In this document: one piece after another, positions 52,504-64,000 of the stretch
Layout: each line of letters starts with the position of its first letter
Numbering within the stretch: position 1 is the stretch's first letter
Assembly: GCA_030264375.1 (NCBI GenBank)
Contig: JASCQW010000150.1
Location: forward strand, 23,169,407-23,233,406
Source: Carcharhinus longimanus
Taxonomy: Eukaryota
DNA: 64,000 nt
Direction of reading: 5' to 3'
Translations under genes and position numbers: made by a program
The notes under the pieces: generated by a model
Told to the model about the DNA's origin: nothing
The model's input: the letters and a program-made list of their open reading frames with translations, nothing else
Databases searched by the model: none

Positions 52504-55444
52504 CACTCACTCTTTCTCCTCTGGCCTGATAATATCTGAAGTCCAACCTAAGATGCACCATATCAAACTCTTCCTCTGCGAAAACTATTTCTGTAAAGTT
52601 TTAAGGGCACCACATAAATGAAATTGCGACATTGTTGTTGTTTTGCATTCTTAGCACCCATCACTTGGGCACTTTAAGTGGTTTTGAACCTTATCAAAAA
52701 TATCAGCAGATTTATACTGTGGGCTGAAATCCACTAATAACAGCTTTGAAACTGCAGACAAAGAATGGTGAAAAGTGAGTGTCATCTCACTAAGGGCTTG
52801 GTCAATGCTTGAACTTGGAGCCAACAAATTGTTCGTCCAACTGTCAATTAAATCAGTGAGTTTAAATTTCTGATGCCCCGGGTGACTGATGGAAAGTGGG
52901 AACTCTGGATCAGTTTATTTTATTCCAAACCTTGGCAAATGGACAAACTGATTTTGAGAAATCGACCTGCCTCAAGTGAATAAAGAAAGTTGCTTCAGAG
53001 ATGACTATATTTGCCTTGCTGTTTGACTGACTGTCGTGACTTGACAGTTGCTGGCCTGCTTGATTGTCTTTTAGTTGTTACAACAGTAGATTGAAATTTT
53101 TCACACTCCAGGAATCCACTCCATAAGTTTCTCAGAACACAGAAAACGTAAATCTAATGCGTCTCTGTCAACAATCTCCCTCCCCAATACACACACACAC
53201 ACACACACACACCACCCCCACAACACATGTATGTGCAATGCACCTCATCCTATTCCCCATCAATGGTTTGTATAAATTGGTACCCATGGCAACCCAAATA
53301 TATTCTACATCAAGTGCCCACAATCAGTCGATAAAACTAATGAATCAGTGTAGCCAAACTTAGCTAACCAAGTTGAAAGCACAGTTGGTGAGGCTGCTGC
53401 ATCATTCAATGATCAATTCTTAATTACAAAACAAACAAACTAATTGCTTGCTCTCTGAACCAACCAATGTATGCATAACATGTTCTCAAACTATTGTACT
53501 GCAAGATGTCACCTGGCCATTCACCTTCCATGTTACTGGCATTACTGTTATAGCAAAATGTCAGAAACTGCAGCCAGACATCATTCCCATTATTTCTGTT
53601 CTTTATGTTTAAGGACTGTTGGGATAATATCCAAGATAACACCCATTTGAATTTAAACAAATGTGCACAAGACCTGACACGACACTACTAGAATAAAATG
53701 TCAATCCACATGAAATTCATGTTATTGAAACTGTTTCCCCAAGCAAAAAAAAAACAAAGCAATGGCAAAGAAATGTTTAAAAACGCAGGGCATTTGTGAA
53801 TACTAATTTTGTATTTAACACCCAGCCATTCTAAATGAGAGCATACAGACACCCACAAGCCACAGGCCTCAAAATTCACAGTTTTTAAATGCCTTCATAC
53901 TATGACTGTAACCAATACTGTAGATCTGACTGTAAAGATAGTTTCTCAGATCAATATGTTTTGATATGATATACATATGCACATTGTTTCCTATTTCAAT
54001 TCAGTCAATTTCTCAAGGCTTAGTGGTCCACTGGTTTTGGGTTTCGTCAAAGTTAACTGATTAAATGTAGCTACTAGCAGCAATATATATTCACTTGGGC
54101 TTCCAACATACTTTACATTAAAGGTTAAAAACTGGCAGGAGCAGAAAAAGGATATGGAGTATGGCAGAGAAGAGGAAGGAAAATGAGAAAGGCAACAGAA
54201 TAAGAACATTGAAGCCGAGGAAGAAATTAAAAATAAAGAAAAAATTGAGAGGAATAAGATGTTACTCATAATGGATGACATACTTAACGAAAGAATGAAG
54301 AAGCGACAAAGTAAATGCCCCAATGGAAAGAAGATGGTAAGATTCAATACTTACATGAAGTATACTGCTAAATGAGCATTCAGGTTCCCGATTACAATGT
54401 ATACATTATACCAAGCCCTTTCACTTTCGTTTTTCTTAAAACACATATGAAATGTCTTCTTGTTCTATATGGGAAGTTCCCTTTGTCTGTTATTATTAAA
54501 GAATGTTTATAATGTTTCTAGACCATGAAACTATTTAAATAATTAATAGGACAATAATGCAGCTTTGTTATCCGATACAGACTGTCTGGACTGATTAGCT
54601 ACACTTGAACTGCTTTCAGATTACTGCAAGCTGCTCTCCCTCTTCAAAATAGATTTCACATTCTTGATTCTTAGAAAATAAAATATGAGCAAACAAATTA
54701 CAAATTTATGGCATCTTCAGATATCACCTTATTTGCACCTTCTGTCCCAGCCATTACTGGAGCTCTTTATTTTAGCAATCAAACCTTCTATTTCCTTGTA
54801 AGATATTACTCTGAAGTATAACTTTGCATGGCTAAATAGTAAGAAAAGAAGAAGCTGAAATGCGAAGTTTTTTTCTAGGTGAAATTTACCAACTACCTCA
54901 TTGGAATTATTAAACAACAACTCTTCATGATTTACACTAGATTGAGCTAATGAAGTTACAGTACCCAATTATGGATCAAATCACCACAATGTCTTGCCTC
55001 TGTTGAATAAAACAACTTCAGAATGCAACCTTTCCATTCTACTGATTTATAAATAAACATAAACTACGTAAGTAGCACCACTTTATGAATAAACACATGG
55101 AGGGAGAGTTCCCTCATTGAATTACATTTAGGATAATATACTGGGGAGCGGAGGTGGGGGTGGGGGCTACTTTAAAAATCAATATTATGACTTTACCGGT
55201 AAAACAAAGGTATGATTAAACAACCTGCACTGAGAAACAAATTGACGTTAGTGAAAACAGAGTTTGCCCAGAGCCGTCCAAAAATTTGAAAACCTGCAGG
55301 GTTTCCCAAACATGCACCAAAAATGCGCTCCTCACTCGAGAACCTCGACACCTGCTCAACTTCTTGGGCCAAATCGAGCAACCGGCCCTACAATCTCCCA
55401 GGCTTTCTTACACTTCCAAATGTTTGCATTACATTCTGGGGAGG

Positions 55445-55627
55445 GGGGGGGGAATGTTGGAAGAAAATATTTGGAGGAATAAATGAATATTTACCTTGCA
55501 ACAACAAGAGTGCAAGAATTAAAGAAAACAATAAGGATGGGGACGGGGGTTGGAAAATACTTGGAGGAATAAATAGGTACCTTGCAACAATAACAGTGCA
55601 AGAATAAGGATGGCGGGTGGGGGGGAC
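55445..55627 (+). repeat. Two-copy tandem duplication (~90 nt)
   Basis: gaaaataYttggaggaataaat...taccttgcaacaa..a.agtgcaagaat...aaggatgg plus a G-run occurs twice. Confidence 0.85.
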
Positions 55628-58306
55628 AGAGTCTCGGGGCTGCAGAAGATATTCTGACCAGCAAGAAACAATTTTGTGAAACTTCTGAGGAGAGAATTGG
55701 GAGTGTTGTGTCATTGAAGTGAGCAAAACTTGGCTCGCGTCAAACCTAAGTTGGGTATTACGAAAACATTGAGGTTTTTTTTTCTCTCCCTCTCCCCTCA
55801 CATAAATGTAACTTAAATGTGGGTTGCCTTCGCAAGGCGCTGTCTGGGGAAGAGACTGAGGAGGGAGAAGAGGTTGAGGGGGATAATTAGTGGACTGGCC
55901 ACAATAATAAAATAAAACAAGCTCCGAGGCGGGGGCAGGGAAAAGCATGCTGCAGAAATTATCCCGCCATTTTTAACAGTAACCGCGTCCCCGGGAAAGA
56001 GAATACCAGGCGGAGAATGTGGCAAAGTGGGAACTTTCCTGGCCCAATCTACCCACCTCCTCAGCAAACATCTGGGTCTAGGTCTGTGATATTTCATCGG
56101 AACAGACTTTAATTGTTGCATGGAATTTAATGCCTTCCACTGTGGTGAGATTGGTTGTGGGGAAATAGTTAATGAGGTGGGAATCCTGCCACCTTCCCCC
56201 ATGCCCAACGTCCTGATTAAGTCTGTGGAGGGAGGGTCTCATCCCACTCCCACTGATATTAACTCAGCAGCAGGCAGGGACTCCCCAAGTAGAGCGAACA
56301 ATAAACAAGGCCTGGCATGTTTGCTTGTGGGCTCAGGGGGTGTGGGTTACCTCTTACCCAAAAGCACGCAATGTCGGCTTGTGGGGCCTAGCATCAAAAA
56401 ATGGGTGGTGTGGTGTGGGAGTGGTGTAACTTCCCTTCTCCTACAGTACCATCAATGACCTCATCCTGCCATCACTCACCCATGTGCCTGGGTACCTCCT
56501 CAACCCTAGGCCTCAGGCGGGTGTTGTAACAGCACCATCCACCACTTCTCTTTTGATGCTCTTCTCATTGGCCATCAGGTCTTGGCAGGTGGGACAGTTA
56601 CCCCCATCGGGTCTTTGATAGGCGGAAGAAACATCTCTGGCTTGTCACTTGGGATGGATTTTCCCATTAGAGAATTAGATGACATGGTGGGGCTGGAGTG
56701 GGAATGTTTCCCACCATAAAGATTGGAATTCATGCCATGTTTCCTAATGTAAACCTAGTAAGTTATGCAGTCATGTGTTTCCTGACATTTGTTGCATCGG
56801 GGTGAGCTGTTTGCTGCTCTCCCTGCATCATTTCTGGTTACCATATTTAAAAGGCACCTGAACATCAAATTAGCCACCACCGAAGGAATAGATGTCCCAT
56901 CTCTACCCAAAGGGTGAATGGTGGAAACTGAGCTATCAGACTAACCCTGCTTGGAAGGATGGTTCCCAAATTGTTAGTACCCGGGCCTCCACCAGAGGAC
57001 TCCCCTCGCGTAGCAAACACATGGTGCGCTCATCCATTCCACTGGGGTAAATGAACCCTCAACTGCTCACATTCACCTCACTGAGTGGTAGAGGGGACAT
57101 GGGCCTCAGTGGCAAGTGTATCACCTGTGCAGCCCATACATAAAGGAGTTATTCATAGCTTCACTGCAGCCCATTTAGTGGAGAGGCCACTGTGGTTCTC
57201 TGACTCTTCCACAGAGAGGGTTCACATGCTGTTTGGGCGGGATTGTGGGGAGACGTGGAGAGTTGGTGGGGAGGGTGGTGTAATTAGGCATTGAGGGCAC
57301 CAGCAAGTTAATAATGATGTGCCTTTGTGAACCTTACCCTTCCATCTGCATGGGCTCACCGCTCTGGAGGGTGCTGCCCCAGAACCCTTGTGGACAACCT
57401 GAAGTACATCAATCACATGGCTCACAATCCCTCCGAGACTGGAGAGGGAGCAGCTGTGCCATAGCAGGACATTCAGAGTAAACTGGGGACCTCCAGGCCT
57501 CAGGACTCCAGAGGAAAGCTGCCAAGGTCATCCAAGACAGCAGACTGACTCCAACACTGCTGCGGATGTTTGAGGAGCATCTAGAAGAAGTGGTAGGGAA
57601 TGCAAGATCAAGAAGTTTTGAGTTCACATGTAGTTGCAAGGATACACTATGACTGTTAATCTAACGACATTTCTGTAAATATAGTACACTTGCACTTTGA
57701 TGAGGTCTGATGTGGTTTAAATGCAATGTAATTCTCAGACCTGAACATTATTTTATGCCAATGGGAAACAGATTTTTCCTGCCGCATTAACACACCCTCC
57801 TGCCCCTCCCACCATTAACGCCACTGTAGGAGGGGCCTCAAAAACTCTTAGTTTGGATAGCCTTGACAATAGAAGGTGATGTGCGGTTGTCACTGGTTCT
57901 CCAGCCAATGGGAAAGAGAGAGAAACAGTTAACGGGCAGAATCTTAAGACTTTTCGCTACTGTTTAAGAAATATTTATCGGTATTTCTGGGTATATCTGG
58001 GCTCTGCTTGTACATGCATTTTTAATAAGGTTTAACAACTCCTGGAGTTAAGAGATTGGTTACCAAGTGTTTAATAGTTTAAGGAAGTTAAGATGAAAAC
58101 ACAAAGTAGAAAAAAAAACTGTGCTGTTGCCTAGCAATGGGTGTCCAGAGTAAAGACCCATGGAGACAAGGAGTGACAAGAAAAGCAAATTTGGTCTCAG
58201 TTTGTTTGTATATAACATAGAGTGAAGACAGGAAGGTGTTATACTCTCTCCAACTGAAAATAATGTCACTCAGCTGAAGAAATGAGTTTAAAGAACTGCT
58301 ATAAAA

Positions 58307-58591
58307 AGTTTATTTATTAGTCACAAGTAAGCTTACATTCACACTGCAATGAAGTTACTGGGAAAATCCCGTAGTCACTACACTCCAGTGCCAAGGTACA
58401 CTGAAGGAGAATTTAGCATGGCCAATGCACCTAACCCGCACATCTTTGGACTGTGGGAGGAAATCATAGCACCCGGAAAAAACCCACACAGACACGGGAA
58501 AGAATATGCAAACTCCACACAGACAGTGACCCAAGCCGGGAATCGAACCTGGGTCCCTGGCGCTGTGAGGCAGCAGTGCTAACCACTGTGC
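58307..58591 (-). mobile_element. V-SINE (tail type A)
   Basis: Homolog of 11682-11990. Confidence 0.9.
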
Positions 58592-58798
58592 CTCGCTCCC
58601 TAGAAAAGAGGAACAGAATCTTCGTCCAAAAGATGGGTTTTCCAAACTGATGGAGAGCGAGGCAGAGGGATTCAGGAAGGGAACTTCATAGCTTCATGTC
58701 CAGGCATCTGCTGGTACAGCCACCAATGATAGAGTGATTGAAATCTGAGTTATGTGGGAGGCCAGAATTGGAAGTACGCAGTGATCTGACAGGGTTAT

Positions 58799-58959
58799 GG
58801 GTAAACACAGTAAGAAGTCTCACAACACCAGGTTAAAGTCCAACAGTTTGCCCCAAAAGCTAGTGGTGTTTACTAGCAAATAAACTTGGTGGACTTTAAC
58901 CTGGTGCTGTGAGGCTTCTTATTGTGTTTACCCCAGTCCAACGCCGGCATCTCCACATC
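58799..58959. mobile_element. Miniature fold-back insertion of the same Penelope-like 3' end
   Basis: 44-bp inverted arms at 58799-58842 and 58890-58933 (3 mismatches). The loop holds a hammerhead remnant (cccaaaagctagtgg). It ends in the family terminus ccccagtccaacgccggcatctccacatc. Confidence 0.85.
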
Positions 58960-59149
58960 AGTGTTGTGGGTGACAGAGAGAGTTAGACTGACACTCCCAG
59001 TGGATTGCAGCACTGCGAGGGGTGCCGCGTTTGGGATGTAACTGTCTGCCCTCTCGGGGGGATGGGTATAAAGGATCCTACTACCAATATTTATCTGCCA
59101 AGCAAACTTCACAAAACAAATGACCTTACCAGGGTGGCACAGTGGCATA

Positions 59150-59443
59150 GCAGTTAATGCCAAGATCCCGGGTTCAATTCTGGCCTCAGGTGACTGTCCA
59201 TGCGGAGTTTGCACATTCTCCCAGTGTTTGTGTGGGTTTCCCCTGGGTGCTCCAGTTTCCTCCAAAGATGTAACAGTTAGGTTGATAGGCCATGATAAAT
59301 TGCTCCTTAATGTCAGGAGGATTAGTTGGGTAAATATATGGGGTTACAAAGATAGGAGCTGGGTGGGATTGTTGCCAGTGCACATTCTTTTGGGCCAAAT
59401 GGTCTCCTTCTGCACTGTAATGATCCTTTGATTCTATTCTATG
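59150..59443 (+). mobile_element. HE1-type V-SINE (tail B)
   Basis: Head, V-domain and tail ggccaaatggtctccttctgcactgtaatgat...ttctatga. Confidence 0.88.
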
Positions 59444-59540
59444 ATTATCAGTGGCTATGAGATCTTGCTGTGTTCAAATTGGCTGTCATGTTTCCCACAT
59501 TACAGAAGTGGCTACATTTCAGGACTATTTCATTACAAAG

Positions 59541-59767
59541 TGTAATGTCCAAATTATGTTAGGGGCTGTAAGTTTTGACAAAAAGTGAAGCTGTGGTTTG
59601 CACTTGTAGATTCAAACTAATAACAACAAATTTTATTGAAGAGCTGCTCGCTACACCACATAACAGTACAAAGTGAAAATATCACCAAATTGCAACACCC
59701 AATGACATCACCATCAAATTATGTGATCAACTCTTAAAGCAAGCTGCCTCCACTTAAATATATAACA
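59541..59767 (-). mobile_element. Putative solo LTR (227 nt)
   Basis: TG...CA ends with imperfect inverted termini (TGTAAT/ATAACA). Flanks are caaag and caagg (5-bp TSD, 1 mismatch). AATAAA on the minus strand near 59635. It cleanly interrupts the DeuSINE tail. Confidence 0.65.
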
Positions 59768-60004
59768 CAAGGTGCTTTGGAATGTCTTTGAGGATGAAGA
59801 AGGAGATACAGTAATGCAAGTCTTTCATTTTTTTCTCTGGCATTTCACAAGAGATGTGAAAAATAAGTGAATGCCAATCCAAAGAAACACAACATTGGAA
59901 GGAATTGACCAAAAGCTTTTGATCAAAGAGATAGGTCTTAATGTTCTGATGTTAGTGTATTAAAGTGAGGACCACCACTCCAAGAGGAAGGGAAGCAAAT
60001 GTAG

Positions 60005-60980
60005 AAGCATAGAATCGAACAATTTGGAAGTTCCTATTGAATCTGCTCCCACTGCCCTGTCAGGCAACGCCTTCCAGATCACAACAACTCGCTGTGTGAA
60101 AAAACATCCTTCCTCATCCTGCCCCAGCTCCATTTGCAATCGCGGTCAATCTATATCCACTGGTGACCCACCCTCCTGCCAGGAGAAAGAGTTTCCATTT
60201 ATTTATCCTTTTAAAGCTATTTGTGATTTTGAATATCTCTGTCAAATCTCTGCTTAATCTTCTGTGATTGAAGTTTTGAAGTTTATTTATTGGTGTCACG
60301 AGTAGACTTATATTAACACTGCAATGAAGTTACTATAAAAATCCCCTAGCCGCCACACTCCGGCACCTGTTCGGGTACACTGAGGGAGAATTTAGCATGG
60401 CCAATGCACCTAAACCAGCACATTTTTCAGACTATGGGAGGAGACCAGAGCACCCGGAGGAAACCCATGCAGACACAGAGAGAACGTGCAGATTCCACAC
60501 AGACAGTGACTAAGCTGGGAATCGGACCCGGGTCCCTGGCGCTGTGAGGCAGCAGTGCTAACCATTGTGGCAGCATGCCACCCTCTCTAAGGACAACAAA
60601 ACCAGCTTCTCCAGTCTCTCCATATGAACTGAAGCCCTTTGTCTTTGGGAAAAAAAATCTCTTCTTCACTCTTTCTGACTTTCTTCCTAAAGTGTAATCT
60701 CCAGAATTGGGCATTCTCCACTTGCTGAGACCTGACCAGTGTTTGATAAAGAGTTAGCATAACTTCCTGGCTTCTGTTCTCTTATCCTTTATAGTAAAGA
60801 TTATTTCATATGCTTTTATAAAAAAGTTTTCTCAACTTGTTCTGCCGTCTTCAAAGGTCTGTCACACTCTCCCCCACCCAACCCCCAGGTCTCTCCTGTG
60901 TCTGGTTTAATATTGTACCATTTGGTTTCGATTAGCTTTCCTCATTTCCCAATCAAAATGTATCACTTCATATTTCCCTG
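60005..60980 (-). mobile_element. Old CR1 3' fragment split by a V-SINE
   Basis: CR1 C-terminal motifs on the minus strand on both sides of the SINE at 60280-60582 (caggcaacgccttccagatcacaacaactcgctgtgtgaaaaaa; ccagaattgggcattctccacttg). Confidence 0.7.
60280..60582 (-). mobile_element. V-SINE (tail type A)
   Basis: Homolog of 11682-11990, inserted in a CR1 fragment. Confidence 0.9.
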
Positions 60981-61119
60981 CTCATCTGCTATGTGTCTGN
61001 NNNNNNNNNNNNNNNNNNNNNNNNNNNNNNNNNNNNNNNNNNNNNNNNNNNNNNNNNNNNNNNNNNNNNNNNNNNNNNNNNNNNNNNNNNNNNNNNNNNG
61101 CCTCAGACATTTGCCTTAC

Positions 61120-61149
61120 CTGAGTCAGGCAGAGCGGAGAATACATCAT
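61120..61149 (-). CDS. NFIC: NFI-family transcription factor, coding exon 1 (MMYSPLCLTQ)
   Basis: Minus strand reads ATG ATG TAT TCT CCG CTC TGC CTG ACT CAG|gtaagg. It matches the short NFI first exons (MYSPLCLTQ in NFIA, MMYSPICLTQ in NFIB, MYSSPLCLTQ in NFIC). The phase-0 donor joins in frame to exon 2 (DEFHPF). There is an in-frame TGA 15 nt upstream. Too short to appear in the ORF track. Confidence 0.93.
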
Positions 61150-61800
61150 GACGACCTGGAATCAAAGTCGCGGATCATCCACACACACACACACACACAT
61201 ATGCAAAAAAAAAGTTACTGGATCATCCTGACATCTCGCCTCGGCGTCTAAATCCCACCCCCAGCCAAAATTAATAATGATATATTTCTACAGAGGGGGA
61301 CTTTTATCAAGGAATATCCGAAGGAACGCAGCTCTGGAAAGCGGACTTCATCTGTCAACCGGTGAGGAGGGAGGGAGAGAGAGAGGGAAAGAGAGAGAGA
61401 GGAATAAAGGAGAGCGATCCTGGAATGACGCGACCGTCCCGACCAAGCCCCCAAAACATCTGACTTCAGGGAATTTCTGCCCTTAGACCCAAATTTCAGC
61501 ACCACTCTGCCGCTGTCAGCCAATGGACCGAGGCCACTGCGAGATCTCCGGCAATGTAAATAAACCCAACTACTTTTTTTCTCTCTCTCTCTTTCCCCAA
61601 CTACCTCCCCCTCCTTTAACTCTTCGCTGCTCACGATTGTTCGCCCCACACACACACACACACACATACACTGGGCAAAACAAAAAAAAGTTAGCGCCGC
61701 TTTAAGAGCCGCGCTGTAAAGGCAGGCGCAGCCTCTGCGCTCTGACACACACACATACACATACAACGGTACCTAGACTGGAGTGCTGCAATATTGCTGG
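61150..61800 (-). promoter_or_regulatory. CpG-rich 5' UTR / proximal promoter of the NFI gene
   Basis: CpG density is much higher than in the intron. Contains (CA)n and (GA)n tracts and a GCCAAT near 61519, directly upstream of the ATG. The TSS cannot be determined. Confidence 0.7.
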
Positions 61801-62127
61801 CTGCTGCCCATTTTTCATCCGCAAAAGTGTATGTGTGTGCGTTTTTTTTAACCATCCCTTGGACAAAATAAGTGGAGCAAAGATTCACACACAAGGGCGT
61901 CACTAATAATAATCTCTCTGCTACATTTTGCAGCAACCTTGTCACTATCCTTCCAATTCTGCTGAAAGATATGGAACAGGAATGTTGCAAGCTTCTCCTC
62001 TCACCCCCACCCCAAAAAGAATAATTTTTGAGTGGAATTTTCTATGTTTCTATTTTCTATGTTTCTCTACCACAGAAAGCTATAGGGGCCAGTAGATAGG
62101 TATATTTATATCTAGATATATTGTATA

Positions 62128-62305
62128 CTAGATGTATTCCAAGAGGGAGCTGGAGGAGGCCCTTGCGGCTAAAGGGATCAAGGGATATGGCGAGAAAGCG
62201 GGAGTGGTTTTACTGAAAGTGCATGATCAGCCAGGATCATATTGAATGGTGGTGCAGGCTCGAAGGGCCGAACGGCCTACTTCTGAACCTATTTGCTACG
62301 TTTCT
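62128..62305 (+). mobile_element. CR1 3' terminal fragment
   Basis: ctaaagggatcaagggatatggcgagaaagcggg...gcaggctcgaagggccgaacggcctacttctg is a typical CR1 3' UTR. Confidence 0.8.
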
Positions 62306-63429
62306 AAATCTAACAGCATTCTTCCGTTTCCCTTCAACTTTATGATAAAGTTCCAAATACTTAAACAGATTAATAAGTCAATTGAAAGGTCCAGGTTAGA
62401 GAGCGCAAACCCCGCAGGAGTCAAAGTCAGTGGTAAAAAGTAATGGTAATGCATAGATTTTTTGATGCAACGTAAAGAAATACGCCATAAAACGCAGGCC
62501 GGTAAAACTATTGCTCCCCAGTAACAGAATAAACACTAAGCCTTTTGGCATGTATAACTGTACTGTGATTTTTAAGTGTTGCCATGATTTGTGTGCTAAT
62601 GCATGCTAGGTGCCAGTGGGGAAGGGTTGCCTTCTTTTTTTTAAAAAAACACGCTATTAAATTGCTGATTTTACTTTGCCGGACAGTGCTTTTCTTTTCA
62701 CCAAGGTTAACGGCACAAACCATTCTGTGCACCAACAGCCCCGACTCACGCTGTGTCCGAGTTAATCAGATGCATTCCTGCCTCGGTAGACGAGAGAGCA
62801 TGCTATTCTCGACTGTATGTACAGTGGGCCAACAAGCACGTCAAGGCAAAGGACACGCAGCATTTTATATCTGCCCGTAATAGTCAAATGGAATCCGGTC
62901 TCTTCAAATATAAAACGCGTTTTCCATAAACCTGGATGCCATCGTGATGCTGGGTGCAATCTGCAGTTCGCTTTAGGTCAGGGGGGCATTTTTTTGTTGT
63001 TGTTGTTGCGCCTTTAACCACAATATTCACCATCTCAAGAATATATGCCAAGTCCCGCGGATGGATAAATTTAACAACAGTGAAAGCTATTTTAAAAACA
63101 CTCTTACACAGGGTCCCATTAAAGTAAACTTTAAAGATCAAACCATCTTGCACTTTTACTCCCACACTGCACCGTACAATATTATGCCACAGAACCTCTC
63201 CCTGTCTCTGGAAGTCTAATAATGTTAAAGAAAGCGAACTGAGCATTCCTAAACGGCTAGCTACTTATTCGATATTTGTAGTCAACATTTTTGAATGGTC
63301 GCAGCGTATTTAAAGGATCAATTTATTTGCCGGGCCCAGATAAATAAAGCACATTAAACATACAACTGAGAACAGGGCTGCTTTATTGTGGATGTGGGCT
63401 CGGTAATCTATCTCAAAACAGTGAAAGTC

Positions 63430-64000
63430 AACAATCTACGGGCCGCAATCGACTGGTCTTGTCAGCGCTTCCTGAAAGTGCCCAGAACTTTTCCAATTGT
63501 TTTATTTTATACACATAAAAACAAACAAACAGCTATTTAATGTCACTCGGGAGAAGAGCGTGCTCTTTGGCCAAAGGAGACGGCGTACGCGTTAATCAGG
63601 CCGAGGAAAAGGGCGTGATGTCCCTTTAAAGGGGAGGTGGATTAGAAATGTGTCCCAGCTTTAGAGGCAGCGTCGCGGTTCACGAGTCAAGTTCAAGCCG
63701 GCGGCTCCCCCAGAGCGGCTCGGCCATTACCGCTACCATCACACACTTCTGCTCCACGCTTGAACTTGGACTCGGAATGTGCGTCGGCAATGCACACGTA
63801 TACAGGATCACGCACAAATTCATTTCAGCTGGCAAGCAAAACGGCTCACAGATGGGAAATCTGCCAAGCTCAGCGCTTTTGCTTTCTGTCTCTCTCCCTC
63901 TCTCTCTCTTCCCCCCTCCCCTTTAAACACCACAAAATCTTGGCACAAACCCGATCACACAAGCAACAAGAGAGCGGCACAGACAGACAGGCAGACACCG
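63430..64000. promoter_or_regulatory. Second CpG-island-like segment, possible upstream/alternative promoter
   Basis: Dense CpGs (cggcgtacgcg, gcgtcgcgg, gccggcggc) and a CT-rich tract. It runs off the window end. Confidence 0.55.

Larger units (their letters stand above)
58985..59830 (+). mobile_element. DeuSINE (SacSINE1-like), fragmented by later insertions
   Basis: Deu-domain pieces ctgacactcccagtg..gtctgccctctc..ccaatatttatc (58985-59125), cttgctgtgttcaaattggctg (59443-59540) and tail tgctttggaatgtc..aatgcaagtctttc (59773-59830). Confidence 0.75.

Noticed and set aside
52932-52946. TTGGC-N5-GACAA near-match to the NFI site (autoregulation?)
   Set aside because: One mismatch. About one or two such matches are expected by chance in 64 kb, and I noticed no perfect TTGGC-N5-GCCAA.
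56650-57850. Possible Harbinger-type DNA transposon remnant (similar GC-rich blocks at 2019-3130, 13250-13365, 19900-20530, 29260-31085, 43355-43490)
   Set aside because: They look like decayed repeats, but I could not establish termini, TSDs or a convincing transposase motif.
61248-61766. 172-aa minus-strand ORF upstream of exon 1
   Set aside because: Built from GT and CT microsatellites in GC-rich promoter DNA. No recognisable domain, and it is not joined to the NFI frame.
63020-63745. ATG|gt candidates for an 'M-only' alternative first exon (near 63030 and 63737)
   Set aside because: The donors gtgaat and gtagcg are weak. Not supportable without transcripts.

Overview
This is vertebrate genomic DNA, almost certainly from an elasmobranch (shark), judged from HE1/V-SINEs, a SacSINE1-like DeuSINE and CR1/L2/Penelope repeats. 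It carries the 5' part of a Nuclear Factor I gene on the minus strand, most likely NFIC. Coding exon 1 (MMYSPLCLTQ) lies at 61120-61149 in a CpG-rich promoter domain. A 42.3-kb intron follows, then the canonical 532-bp DNA-binding-domain exon 2 at 18299-18830. I could not find exon 3, which is probably left of position 1. The rest is intronic and dense with retroelements. The most notable unannotated structures are: (i) three fold-back Penelope-like insertions of one family, the largest with two minimal hammerhead-ribozyme motifs; (ii) a stack of four uORFs, one crossing a (GT)n microsatellite and one ending in a TGATG stop/start overlap with the NFI start; (iii) a multi-jump inverted duplication at 50-52 kb; (iv) a 5'-half tRNA-Ser(GCT) fragment; (v) a five-layer TE nest containing a solo LTR. 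I see no evidence of a wholly new protein-coding system. All family names are recognised from memory, not from database searches.
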